Below are positions 9,850 through 20,536 of a stretch of DNA of 64,000 nucleotides, piece after piece. The position numbers and the translations under genes were made by a program. Every line of letters begins with the position of its first letter. The first letter of the stretch is position 1. The stretch comes from Planctomycetota bacterium (GTDB lineage: Bacteria; Planctomycetota; UBA1135). Below the pieces are notes generated by a model. That model was given only the letters and a program-made list of their open reading frames with translations. It did not search any database and was not told the DNA's origin. The stretch lies in NCBI GenBank assembly GCA_003696625.1, contig RFGR01000014.1, positions 15,730 through 79,729 of the forward strand. Reading direction: 5' to 3'.

Positions 9850-9912
9850 GGTGTTGGAATCGGGGTCCCGCGGCCGGGTTTCGAGCGGTTTGGTCGATCT
9901 CCGACCTGAGCC

Positions 9913-9918
9913 TAGAGT
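9913..9918 (+). promoter_or_regulatory. -10-like hexamer TAGAGT, 8 nt upstream of ATG 9927
   Basis: cctAGAGTtctccgccATG. No Shine-Dalgarno sequence in between. Confidence 0.45.
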
Positions 9919-9926
9919 TCTCCGCC

Positions 9927-10937
9927 ATGGTCCGCCTGGTCCAGCCCCTGCCCGACGGTCCCCTGGACGTGGTCGGAGACGTCCACGGCCATCTGGCCGA
10001 ACTGCACGAGTTGCTGGCCCGACTGGGCTACGACGAGGAGGGCCGCCATCCGGACGGCCGGCGCCTGGTTTTCGTCGGCGACCTGGTCGACCGCGGCGAA
10101 GACAGTCCTGGGGTCTACCGGCTGGTCCGCCGCCTGATCGAGGCCGGTCGGGCGCGCATGGTGCTCGGCAACCACGAGCTGAACCTCCTGCTCGGCAAGG
10201 TGCGAAGCGGCAACGAGTGGTTCCGCGGCCGGCCGCAGTGGACCCGGGACGGTCGGCTCGTCCGCCAGCAGCCGGCCGGGGCCTGGTTGCGGGCGGAGAT
10301 CCTCGACTTCCTGCGCCGGCAGCCTCTGGTCCTGGTCGGCCCGCACCTGCGGGTGGTGCACGCCTGCTGGCACGAGCCGGCGGTGGTCGCCGCCGCCCGC
10401 GCCCGCGACGTGGTCGAGCTGTTCCGTCGCCGGGAGGCGGAGCTGAGGCGCGAGCTGGCCGGGGAGAGGGACGACGTCGTCCGCACGATCCGGCTGCAGA
10501 ACGGCAATCCGGTCGCGGTTCTCACCTCGGGCCTGGAGGCGCCGCACCGCGGCGAGCCGTTCCGCGCCGGCGGCCGAGAGCGGTGGACGATCCGGGCGCC
10601 GTGGTGGCGGGAATACCGCGACCGGGTGCCGGTGGTCTTCGGCCACTACTGGCGCTCGCCCCTCTCCTGGCAGGCGGTCAAGCGGACTCCCGGCCCCTTC
10701 GACGCCGGCGGCGGCCGCGATCCCTTCGCGCCGCTCGGTCCGCGCGGCACCGCTTGGTGCATCGACTATTCGGCCGGACTGCGCAGCGCCGAGCGCCGGC
10801 GCCGGCCGTGGCAGGGGCCGACCGGCCTCCTGGTCGCCCTCCGATGGCCGGAGCTGGAGGTCGCGGCCGCCTCTCAGGCGGCGCTTTCGTCGGTCTCGAC
10901 CTCGCGGGCTTCGGCCCAGAGGTCGTCCAAGGCGTAG
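9927..10937 (+). CDS. metallophosphoesterase (PPP-family / ApaH-PrpE-like phosphatase)
   Basis: 336-aa ORF with GDVHG, GDLVDRG and GNHE motifs in canonical order. The 3' end overlaps convergent rsfS by 64 nt. Confidence 0.85.
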   Translation: MVRLVQPLPDGPLDVVGDVHGHLAELHELLARLGYDEEGRHPDGRRLVFVGDLVDRGEDSPGVYRLVRRLIEAGRARMVLGNHELNLLLGKVRSGNEWFRGRPQWTRDGRLVRQQPAGAWLRAEILDFLRRQPLVLVGPHLRVVHACWHEPAVVAAARARDVVELFRRREAELRRELAGERDDVVRTIRLQNGNPVAVLTSGLEAPHRGEPFRAGGRERWTIRAPWWREYRDRVPVVFGHYWRSPLSWQAVKRTPGPFDAGGGRDPFAPLGPRGTAWCIDYSAGLRSAERRRRPWQGPTGLLVALRWPELEVAAASQAALSSVSTSRASAQRSSKA

Positions 10938-11260
10938 AACTCCCGCGCCTCCGGCGTCAGCAGGTGGACGACGACCACGCCGAAGTCGAGCAGCAGCCAG
11001 TGGGAGCGGTGGTCGCCCTCCAGACGGCCCTTGGCGAAGCCGAGTTCGCGGGCGGTCTGGTTCAGGGATTCGGCCAGACCGCGGGTCTGGCGCGGCGTGC
11101 CGGTGGTGGCGATGACGAAATAGTCGGTGATGAAGAGGAGGTCCGCGACCTCGAGGACGCGGACCTCCTCGGCTTTCATCTCCCGCGCCGCCGCCGCAAG
11201 GGCGAGGGCGAGCCGGCGGGCCTCCTCGGCCGAGCGGGTCGGGGTGCGGCCGCCGGCCAC
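10874..11260 (-). CDS. rsfS: ribosome silencing factor RsfS (iojap family)
   Basis: 128-aa ORF. ...ITDYFVIATTGTPRQTRGLAESL...GDHRSHWLLLDFGVVVVHLLTPEAREFYALDDLW is the characteristic RsfS core. Confidence 0.9.
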   Translation of the reverse strand: MAGGRTPTRSAEEARRLALALAAAAREMKAEEVRVLEVADLLFITDYFVIATTGTPRQTRGLAESLNQTARELGFAKGRLEGDHRSHWLLLDFGVVVVHLLTPEAREFYALDDLWAEAREVETDESAA

Positions 11261-11264
11261 GGAC

Positions 11265-13307
<2,043 letters not shown>

Positions 13308-13372
13308 CAGGCGGGGGGTTTCGGGGGGTTCAGGCGCCGATTCGAGGGGTGGCGCCGGAATTGTGGCCGGAC

Positions 13373-13378
13373 ATTCTA
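13373..13378 (-). promoter_or_regulatory. -10-like TAGAAT upstream of hppA
   Basis: attcta on + = TAGAAT on -. It includes the TAG stop of the DedA gene and lies 65 nt upstream of ATG 13307. Confidence 0.4.
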
Positions 13379-14050
13379 CTCGTCCGCCCGGGAGTCGTCA
13401 GGGGCGGATGGGGACTCCCGCCGCCGGCGGGAACGGAGCCGCAGGAGGGTCCGCAGCCGGTTCCGGCGCTTCCAGCCGGTGCGCCAGAAGAGGAAGGCGA
13501 GCAGGGCCAGCCCGGCCAAGGCCAGCGGCAGGTCCCAGGTGCGCAGGAAGTGCCGGGCCTCCTCGAGGTTCTCGGCGAAGTACCAGCCGACGAACACGGA
13601 GATCGGCACGGTCAGGAAAGCGCCGAGCGAGTCCAGGAACAGGAACTTCCAATAGCGCATTCCCAGGTTACCGGCCACGAAGTAGGCCACCATCCGGAAA
13701 CCGGGGATGAAGCGGGCCGCGAAGATGGCTTTGGTCCCGTCCAGGGTGAAACGCCGGTTGAAGCGCGCCCGCTGCTTCCGGCCGAGATGCCGGCGGAGCA
13801 GAGGCCAACGGTAAACCCTTTCTCCCAAAGTCTTTCCGAGCAAATAGATGACCGAGTCGCCGGCCAGGATGCCGCACCAGCACCAGAGCAGGGCGGTCTG
13901 GTATTCGAGATGCCCGTGGGCGACGAAATAGCCGCTGCCGAGGATCACGATCTCCTCCGACCAAGGCGGCAGTCCGAGGCCGCAGAGCACGAGCAGGCCG
14001 AAGGCGGCCGGCCCGGGGTACTGCTCGAGGAGATGGAGGACCCCGTCCAA
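13376..14050 (-). CDS. DedA-family (SNARE-associated) membrane protein
   Basis: 224-aa ORF. ...[16 protein letters not shown]...[13 protein letters not shown]...[20 protein letters not shown] are DedA signatures. TTG start at 14050. Confidence 0.85.
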   Translation of the reverse strand: MDGVLHLLEQYPGPAAFGLLVLCGLGLPPWSEEIVILGSGYFVAHGHLEYQTALLWCWCGILAGDSVIYLLGKTLGERVYRWPLLRRHLGRKQRARFNRRFTLDGTKAIFAARFIPGFRMVAYFVAGNLGMRYWKFLFLDSLGAFLTVPISVFVGWYFAENLEEARHFLRTWDLPLALAGLALLAFLFWRTGWKRRNRLRTLLRLRSRRRRESPSAPDDSRADE

Positions 14051-14058
14051 AGCGCCCG

Positions 14059-14064
14059 ATTCTA
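14059..14064 (-). promoter_or_regulatory. -10-like TAGAAT, 8 nt upstream of the DedA TTG start
   Basis: Minus strand reads ccgTAGAATcgggcgctTTG. The TAG is also the stop codon of the upstream gene. Confidence 0.45.
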
Positions 14065-14640
14065 CGGTCCGAGCCGGTGCAGGCCGGCCAGCACGACTTC
14101 CTCCCTTCGATCCGGGTCGAGTTCGAGGAAGACCCGATAGGCGGCGGGGTCCGGCTCCAGGCCGGGGCCGCCGGCCGCGAGCAGGGTCGGCATCCAGGAC
14201 ACCCGGAGGGCCTCCTCCGGGCCGGCGAGCGGCAGGACGCGGCGGGCGACCAGGAATTCGTGGAGGAGGAGGCTGCGCCGGCTATCCGGCAACAGGGTGC
14301 GGGCCTGGCTGAGGGCTGTCAGAGCCCGGCGGGCGGCGGCCAGGGATTCCGAGGGCGGGATGCCCGGTCGGGGCGCCGAGAGGTCCAAGCCGACCCGATG
14401 GAGGGCCAACAGGAAGGGGGCGGGCGGACCTCCCAGCCGGAGCAGCGAGGCGGCCAGCTCGAGTTCGAGCCGAGCGTCGCCGCGGGCGGCGGCGGCCTCG
14501 ACCTGGCGGGCCAACCACCAGGTCCGAAGCGGCGCCAGCATCCGGAGCCAGAAGGCACCGGGAAGGCCGGGAAGGGGGAGCAGAGGGACCAGCAGCAGTC
14601 CGGCCAGCAGTCGGGTCGCAGGCCTCGAGAACGGCCTCAT
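14062..14640 (-). CDS. hypothetical exported/helical protein
   Basis: C-terminal 192 aa of track ORF 14062..15255. Start ATG 14640 overlaps the upstream stop as ATGA. N-terminus MRPFSRPATRLLAGLLLVPLLPLPG, then Leu/Ala/Arg-rich helical sequence. Confidence 0.6.
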   Translation of the reverse strand: MRPFSRPATRLLAGLLLVPLLPLPGLPGAFWLRMLAPLRTWWLARQVEAAAARGDARLELELAASLLRLGGPPAPFLLALHRVGLDLSAPRPGIPPSESLAAARRALTALSQARTLLPDSRRSLLLHEFLVARRVLPLAGPEEALRVSWMPTLLAAGGPGLEPDPAAYRVFLELDPDRREEVVLAGLHRLGP

Positions 14641-15662
14641 GCAGCGGTCCTCCGCCGGCGGCTGCCGGCCAGGAACAAGGCGCCGATCCCGAGCCAGACC
14701 GAGACGGCCCAGAACGGGGTGGTGCCGGCGCGTAGTTCGCAGGTCGGCCCGACGGCGGCCAGGCCCTCGACCGGAGGGAGCCAGCTGGCCGCCGCGAGCA
14801 GGCCGCGGGCGAGTAGAGCGAGCGGAGAGGAGCCGGGGGGGGCGGCGGCGCTCGGTTGCCAGGCGGCCAGGGCGCCCAGGCCGAGCGCACCGAACCCGGC
14901 CAGGAGGCCGCGAACACCACGACGAGCCAGGAACAGGGCTGCGGCCCAGAGCGGGAGGAAGAAACACCCGAGCCCGGCCAGCAGGAGCGGTGCGCGGTCG
15001 GCGCCCGGGCGGGGCACGACCAGGCGCACCCATTCCGGGTCCAGCACCGCGCCGGGCGGTCGGAGGAGCACGAGTTCGCCGTTCCTTGCCTCCTCCGGAT
15101 CCAGCGGCCAGACCACCGGCAGGCCGGGTGTCGCCGGCCGTCGGCGGCCGCCCGCGCTGACGATTTCGGCGGATTCGGCCGGCGCTTGCTCCCACTCCAG
15201 GATGAACTCCACCCGGGCCGCCGGCGGGCAGGGCCGAGGCAGGTGGAGCCGCCACTCGTCCGGCTGGACGCCGACCGCCAGGGCGAAGGAGGACTCGCCT
15301 GGGTCGACGCCGGGCCGGAGCGCCGGCGCCAGGAGCAGGAGGCCGGCCGCGGCCAGGGCCAGGGTCCCGGCCAGGGTGACCGCCGCGAGATCAGCCATCG
15401 GGGTCCGCCAACCGCCCGGATCCCGCAGTCGTTCCTCGTCCTCCCAGCCCTCGCGGCGGCGGCGTTCTCCAAGCCAACCGGCGCGAAGCACCAGCGCGGC
15501 CGGCAGGACCGCGACCAGGCCGAGGTAGTCCCCGAGCGAGCCGGTGCCCAGGGTGGCCTCGGAGGCGGCGATCGCGGCCAGGAGCAACCAGACCGCACCG
15601 AGGAACAGGCCGCCGCGACCGACCACCCGGCGGAACGAACCGGCTAGAAGGAGGCGGTTCAC
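14637..15662 (-). CDS. polytopic membrane protein, putative partner of the upstream ABC ATPase
   Basis: C-terminal 341 aa of track ORF 14637..17024. GTG 15662 overlaps the ATPase stop as GTGA. About 3 N-terminal TM helices, a ~110-aa soluble insert, then ~4 C-terminal TM helices. I recognised no known permease motif. Confidence 0.6.
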   Translation of the reverse strand: MNRLLLAGSFRRVVGRGGLFLGAVWLLLAAIAASEATLGTGSLGDYLGLVAVLPAALVLRAGWLGERRRREGWEDEERLRDPGGWRTPMADLAAVTLAGTLALAAAGLLLLAPALRPGVDPGESSFALAVGVQPDEWRLHLPRPCPPAARVEFILEWEQAPAESAEIVSAGGRRRPATPGLPVVWPLDPEEARNGELVLLRPPGAVLDPEWVRLVVPRPGADRAPLLLAGLGCFFLPLWAAALFLARRGVRGLLAGFGALGLGALAAWQPSAAAPPGSSPLALLARGLLAAASWLPPVEGLAAVGPTCELRAGTTPFWAVSVWLGIGALFLAGSRRRRTAA

Positions 15663-16279
15663 CTCGTCCTCTCCTCCCTGGTCGGCAACCCGATCCGGGC
15701 CAGCACCGGCGCCAGCCCGTCGCAGCCGGTCGCGGGAGGGGCCAGGATCAGGGCCGCCGGACCATTCTCCTCGGCCAAATTCCGCCGAAGCAGCTTCATG
15801 CCGTCGGGGTCGAGAGCGGTCTGGGGCTCGTCCAGGATCACCAGCGGCGGCCTCCCGAGCCAGGCCCGGGCCAGGTTCAGCCGCTGCCGCCAGCCGCGGG
15901 AGAGTTCGCCCACCCGGCGGCGGGCGTCCGGCTCCAGTCCGAAGCGCTCGAGCGCTTCGCCGGCGAGGCGGCGGGCTTCCGCCGGCCGGGAGCCGCCCAG
16001 CGCGGCCAGTTCGGCCAGCATCCGGGCGAGCGGTAAGTCGGCCGGGAAACGGGGTTCCTGCGGCGCCAAGCCGACTCGGTCCGGGCGCCGGATCGCGCCG
16101 CCGGCCGGCCGCAGCAACCCGGCCACGGCCAGCGCCAGGCTGCTCTTGCCGCTGCCGTTGGCGCCGAGGACCAGACCGCGCTCGGCCGGCGCGAGGTCGA
16201 GTGAAAACCCGGCCAGGACGACCCTTCCGCCTCGGACGAGGCGGAGATGCCGGATCGTCAACAGCGGTTGCGGGTCCAT
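15659..16279 (-). CDS. ABC transporter ATP-binding protein
   Basis: 206-aa ORF. Walker A GANGSGKS, signature-like LSRGWRQR, Walker B LVILDEP. Confidence 0.85.
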   Translation of the reverse strand: MDPQPLLTIRHLRLVRGGRVVLAGFSLDLAPAERGLVLGANGSGKSSLALAVAGLLRPAGGAIRRPDRVGLAPQEPRFPADLPLARMLAELAALGGSRPAEARRLAGEALERFGLEPDARRRVGELSRGWRQRLNLARAWLGRPPLVILDEPQTALDPDGMKLLRRNLAEENGPAALILAPPATGCDGLAPVLARIGLPTREERTR

Positions 16280-16288
16280 CCCCGGCCC

Positions 16289-16294
16289 ATCCTA
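16289..16294 (-). promoter_or_regulatory. -10-like TAGGAT, 9 nt upstream of ATG 16279
   Basis: Minus strand reads aaccTAGGATgggccggggATG. It shares the CCTAGG palindrome with a + strand TAGGTT (16293..16298) facing the FHA gene. Confidence 0.4.
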
Positions 16295-16322
16295 GGTTCC
16301 TCGGTCGGTACCATGCCGCGCC

Positions 16323-16856
16323 ATGAAGCTGCGCCGACGCGACGGCGGGCAGGAGGTGGAACTCCGTCCCGGGCTCGAGATCGGTCGCCGGGCCGACTCC
16401 GGGCTGGTGGTCGAGGACGGCAGCGTCTCGCGCCGTCACGCCCGGGTGGAGAGACGCGGCGACGAGTGGTGGCTGGTCGATCTCGGCTCGTCGAACGGCA
16501 CCCGCCACAACGGGCGCCGCAGGAAAGAGTTCCCGATCCGCGCCGGAGATCTCGTGACCTTCGGCGCGGTGGCCTTCGACGTAGTCGGGCCCGCCGCGGC
16601 CGCCGCCCCGGCTGCCGCCGAGGCGGCGTCGAGGCCTGCTCCGGCCGGGGCCAGCCGGCCGGAGGAGGACATCGCCGGTGAAGTGGCGGCCGAGAGAGCT
16701 CGGATCCACGCCGAGTTGCGTGGGCGCCGGCGGGCGCGCGGGCTCGGTGACCTGAACCAGCTCTCGTTCGAGGCGCAGGTCCTGGTGGGGCTGTTCGGGC
16801 TGATCTTCCTGGCGGCGGTCGTTGCCGGGGTGCTCTGGCTGGGAGGATCCCTCTGA
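16323..16856 (+). CDS. FHA-domain protein with C-terminal TM anchor
   Basis: 177-aa ORF. IGRRADSGLVVEDGSVSRRHARVERRGDEWWLVDLGSSNGTRHNG is a canonical FHA core. C-terminal helix VLVGLFGLIFLAAVVAGVLWL. Confidence 0.85.
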   Translation: MKLRRRDGGQEVELRPGLEIGRRADSGLVVEDGSVSRRHARVERRGDEWWLVDLGSSNGTRHNGRRRKEFPIRAGDLVTFGAVAFDVVGPAAAAAPAAAEAASRPAPAGASRPEEDIAGEVAAERARIHAELRGRRRARGLGDLNQLSFEAQVLVGLFGLIFLAAVVAGVLWLGGSL

Positions 16857-17157
16857 ATCTGGTCCCACCCGGTGGCGCTTGTTTCCGGCTTCCGGTGTAA
16901 CCCCAGCCGCCCGTGGAACCGAGCGAAGGCGCTCCGCTTGTTGATCGGGGTCCGGTCGCCGGCATCTGACCTCGAGGCTGAGCGGACGGCCCGTGAGCCG
17001 GTGCGGACGCGAAGATCCGGGCACGCCGGGGCCACGGGACCGGCGCCCCCTTCCCTCGGCCCGGATCGTCGAAGAGAGAGGGTATCCGGTGGTGCGATCC
17101 CGGATCCGGGCGCCGCTCGGAGGCCCCCCTTGCCGGGACGTCCAGCAACCCGGTCGG

Positions 17158-18249
17158 TTACACCGGCGAGCCGGAATCCGCGCCAGAGGGTGGGGCCAGA
17201 TTCAAGCGGCGGAGAGCCTGGTCCAGGATTCGAGCCGATTCCGCCCACCGGAACCGGGCGGCTCGTCGCCGTCGGCGGAGCCGCGCCGCCGGATCGTCGC
17301 CGGTGGTCAGGATCCGGTCCAGGGCTGTAGCCAGGCCTTCGTCGTCCCCCGGCTGGAACCACTCCGCCTCCTCGCCGGCCAGTTCGCGGTGGACCGGGAT
17401 GTCACTGGCCGCCACCGGCGCACCGGCGGCCAAGGCCTCGGCAAGGGGCAGGTCGAAGCCCTCGAAGGCCGAGGGCCGGACCACGGCGGCGGCGCCGGCG
17501 AGCAGGGCCGACAGGCCGCGGTCATCCGGTTGGACCGCCTCGACTCCCGGCGGCAGCCGGCGACCGGGCCGGCCGGTCAGGATCAGGCGCGGACGGTTCC
17601 GGCCCAGGAGACGCCAGCCCGCGAGCAGGGTGGCGAGGCCCTTGTGGCGGGCCCAGGGGCCGGGAGCGAGCAGGAAGCAGCCCGGGGCGGGGGAGGAGGC
17701 GGGCAGGTGGTCGGAGCCGTTCGGGGCGAGGATGAGATCGGCCTCCGGCAGCAGCGCCCGCAGCCGTCGGGCGGTGGCGGCCGAGACCGTGACCACCGCC
17801 GCCGCCGCCCGCGCCGCCGGCGGCAGAACCCGGCGGGTCCACCAGCGTCGGCCAGGTGGCAGGAGTCCGGGAGCGTCCCAGGCCCGGGTGTCGTGGATCG
17901 TGAGCAGGAACGGGATGCCGCCCGGGACCGGCGGGGTTTCGGTCAGGAGCAGGGCGCAACCGCGGTCGCGCAAAATCGTCGGCAGAGCGGCGCGGGCCCG
18001 CCAGGCCCGCCGGGGACCGGGTCCGGGCGGGACCGGCAGTCCGACCACCTCGACCCGATCGGATCCGGCGCCGCGAGCGGCCAGGGCGCGGCCAAGTTCC
18101 TCGGCGGCCTCCCGACCGGTGGCGAGCACCGGACGCCAGCCGAGCCGGGCCAGTTCCGGCAGCAGGCAGAGGGTGCGGCGGGCGGCGCCGGTGGTGGCGC
18201 CACGGTAGGAGGTGCCGTCCACCGCCAGTCGGAAGGGCGCGGCGGTCAC
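17158..18249 (-). CDS. glycosyltransferase, GT4-like
   Basis: C-terminal 363 aa of track ORF 17158..19887. GTG 18249 overlaps the upstream TGA (GTGA). PSAFEGFDLPLAEALAAGAPVAASD motif. Confidence 0.8.
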   Translation of the reverse strand: MTAAPFRLAVDGTSYRGATTGAARRTLCLLPELARLGWRPVLATGREAAEELGRALAARGAGSDRVEVVGLPVPPGPGPRRAWRARAALPTILRDRGCALLLTETPPVPGGIPFLLTIHDTRAWDAPGLLPPGRRWWTRRVLPPAARAAAAVVTVSAATARRLRALLPEADLILAPNGSDHLPASSPAPGCFLLAPGPWARHKGLATLLAGWRLLGRNRPRLILTGRPGRRLPPGVEAVQPDDRGLSALLAGAAAVVRPSAFEGFDLPLAEALAAGAPVAASDIPVHRELAGEEAEWFQPGDDEGLATALDRILTTGDDPAARLRRRRRAARFRWAESARILDQALRRLNLAPPSGADSGSPV

Positions 18250-19379
18250 TCCGGAACCTCCCAGCCGCCGCCGGCGACGACCAGGGGCCAGAGTTCGAGC
18301 AGCCGGCGGGCGGGCAGGTCCTCCGGGAAAGCGGCGGCGCGGGCGCGGCCGGCGGCCACCAGCCTCGACCGTTCCGGGCCGATCGCCCGTTCCATCGCGG
18401 CGGCGGCGGCGGCGGGATCCTGGAAGTCGATCAGGAGGGCGGCGTCTCCGGCCACTTCGGGGAGCGAGGAGGCGCGATGGGCGATGACCGGCGTGCCGGC
18501 GGCCATGCCCTCGAGCAATGGCAGGCCGAAACCCTCCGATTCGCTCGGCACGAGCAGAGCGGCGGCACCGGCGTAGAGCACCGGCAGCAGTGGCTCGGGC
18601 ACGTAGCCCGGCGTCCGGACCCGTTCGGCCAGTCCCAGCCGGCGAGCCAGGGAGCGGGCCTGCTCCAGCCGCCGGTTGCGCGGTCCGGCCAGGACCAGGT
18701 CGATCTCGGCGCCGGTGCGATCGAGGAAGGCGCGGAAGGCGCGGATCGCGTGCGGCAGTCCCTTCCGTTTCAGCGCCCGGCCGACGACCAGGAAGTAGCG
18801 CCGTCCGGCCGGGAGCCCGAGATCCTGCTCGAGCCGGATCGGGTCGGGCTCCGCCCCGACCAGGCGGTGGTCCACCCCGTGCGGCACGACCACCGTCTTC
18901 GGCCCGGCGGCCGGGTGCAGGGCGAGGAAGTTCAGGCGCGTCCGCCGGCTGACGCAGACGACCAGGTCGGCGGCGCGGGCGACCGCCCAGGCGACGGCGC
19001 GGCGCTTCCACAAAGGACCTTCGTCGCCGACCCCGCGGGTCTCCAGCCAGGAGATCTCGTGCATCGTCGCCACCCTCGGCCGGTCGAGCAGGAACGGGAT
19101 GGCCTGCACCGGCGAATGCCAGAGGTCCACGCCTTGGCGGCGGGCGAAGGCGGCTGCCAGTCGTTCCCGCCAGCCGCGCCGCGGTCGGCCGCCGAGGGCG
19201 TGGAAGCGGAAGCGGGCGTCCGGTTCGGGCGGCAGCGCCGGCGGGCGGCGAGGGGCCACCAGCAGGTATTCGTGGTCGGCATCGGCATCGGCCAGGCCGC
19301 GGAGGAGCTGGAGCAGAGCCTTCTCGACTCCGGTCGGCGGCGTCCGCTCGAGCACCGAAACGTCGATGGCGACCCGCAT
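18246..19379 (-). CDS. glycosyltransferase, GT4-like
   Basis: 377-aa ORF. MRVAIDVSVLERTPPTGVEK..., PSESEGFGLPLLEGMAAGTPVIAH. Confidence 0.9.
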   Translation of the reverse strand: MRVAIDVSVLERTPPTGVEKALLQLLRGLADADADHEYLLVAPRRPPALPPEPDARFRFHALGGRPRRGWRERLAAAFARRQGVDLWHSPVQAIPFLLDRPRVATMHEISWLETRGVGDEGPLWKRRAVAWAVARAADLVVCVSRRTRLNFLALHPAAGPKTVVVPHGVDHRLVGAEPDPIRLEQDLGLPAGRRYFLVVGRALKRKGLPHAIRAFRAFLDRTGAEIDLVLAGPRNRRLEQARSLARRLGLAERVRTPGYVPEPLLPVLYAGAAALLVPSESEGFGLPLLEGMAAGTPVIAHRASSLPEVAGDAALLIDFQDPAAAAAAMERAIGPERSRLVAAGRARAAAFPEDLPARRLLELWPLVVAGGGWEVPE

Positions 19380-19394
19380 CGGCTCGGTCGCCGG

Positions 19395-20525
19395 TCAACC
19401 GGCGGCGGCGCTTTCCCGCTCCCGCCGCGCCTCGGCCGCCTGGCGGTAGACCTGCCAGGTCCGGCGGGCGGCCTCCTCCCAGGTGAAGCGGTGCGAGCGC
19501 TGGAGCAGCACCGCGGCGGCCTGCCGGCGCCACGGGTGTTCGCCGAGGATGCGTTCGATCCCTTCTTGGATCGAGTCGGTCTCGCGCGCCTGCACCCGCA
19601 TGGCGCCGGCGCCGGCGACCCAGGCCGGCGCGGTGCCGTCGGCGACCACTACCGGCTTGCCGCAGGCCATCGCTTCGAGCACGGGCAGCCCGAAGCCTTC
19701 GTGCAGGGAGGGGTAGACCAGGGCGATGCAGCCTTGGTAGATCCGCACCAGCTCCTCGTCGTCGGTGTCCTGGAGCCAGCGGATCCGGCGTCGGTGGCGG
19801 GAGGCCTCGAGCCGGCGCAGGAAGTCTTCGCATTCCCAGCCGGTGCGGCCGACGATCACCCAGTCCGGGGCGGCGTCGCGGTCCCAAAGGTTCTCCAGCG
19901 CCTGCAGGATGCGCGAGTGGTTCTTGCGCGGCTCGATCGTGCCGACCGTCAGCAGGTAGTCGCCGGCGCCGGGGACGTGGTCGGCCGCCGGCCGGAAGCA
20001 GGGCGCGACCCCGTTCGGCACCACGGTGACGACCGCCGGGTCAACCCCGAGCAGCTCGGCGTCGTGCCGGCCGGGCTCGCTGACGACGATCACCCGGTCG
20101 GCGGCGGCCACCGCCCGGCGGACGCGGTCGAGCAGCACCGAGGTGTTCCAGCCGTGGAACTGCGGATCGACGGCGAAAGCGGCGTCGTGGAGCGTCATCA
20201 CCGTCGCCGCCGAGCGGACGGTGGGGTAGACGTAGTCGGTCCAGTGGAAGACCTCGACCGGCGCCGGCCAGCGGCCGGCGTCGAAACCGGGGACGCGGTT
20301 CAGGAGCGCCATGCCGCGAGCCGGCAGCAGGCCGCGGTGCATCCGATAGCGGCCGGCGCGGAAGCCGGTGGTGGCGACGCGGCCGCCGCGCCAGGTCGGG
20401 GCGTAGAACTCGAGGAAGGGGCCGTCCTCGAGTTCGCACAGGGCGCGGGCCAGTTCGCGGCCGTAGCGCGCGATCCCGGCGTGGCCGAAGAGCGCCGGGC
20501 GGATGTCGAAGCCGACCCGCATCAT
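19395..20525 (-). CDS. glycosyltransferase, GT4-like
   Basis: C-terminal 376 aa of track ORF 19395..21431. Start at MMRVGFDIRPALFGHAGIARY (ATG 20525). PSLHEGFGLPVLEAMACGKPVVVAD. Confidence 0.85.
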   Translation of the reverse strand: MMRVGFDIRPALFGHAGIARYGRELARALCELEDGPFLEFYAPTWRGGRVATTGFRAGRYRMHRGLLPARGMALLNRVPGFDAGRWPAPVEVFHWTDYVYPTVRSAATVMTLHDAAFAVDPQFHGWNTSVLLDRVRRAVAAADRVIVVSEPGRHDAELLGVDPAVVTVVPNGVAPCFRPAADHVPGAGDYLLTVGTIEPRKNHSRILQALENLWDRDAAPDWVIVGRTGWECEDFLRRLEASRHRRRIRWLQDTDDEELVRIYQGCIALVYPSLHEGFGLPVLEAMACGKPVVVADGTAPAWVAGAGAMRVQARETDSIQEGIERILGEHPWRRQAAAVLLQRSHRFTWEEAARRTWQVYRQAAEARRERESAAAG

Positions 20526-20536
20526 CGCGCCGGATC

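Noticed and set aside
10874-10937. The 64-nt convergent overlap of the phosphatase and rsfS 3' ends as a regulatory antisense arrangement.
   Set aside because: The phosphatase tail (AAASQAALSSVSTSRASAQRSSKA) looks like unselected read-through to the first stop. It is most simply a passive overlap.
17080-17110. Possible tRNA / tRNA-Sec T-arm (ccggtGGTGCGATCccgg) in the 300-nt spacer. A selC gene here would have fitted the selenoprotein.
   Set aside because: The loop does not match the T-Psi-C consensus (GTGCGAT rather than TTCRANN). I could build no acceptor, D or anticodon arms and found no UCA anticodon loop on either strand.
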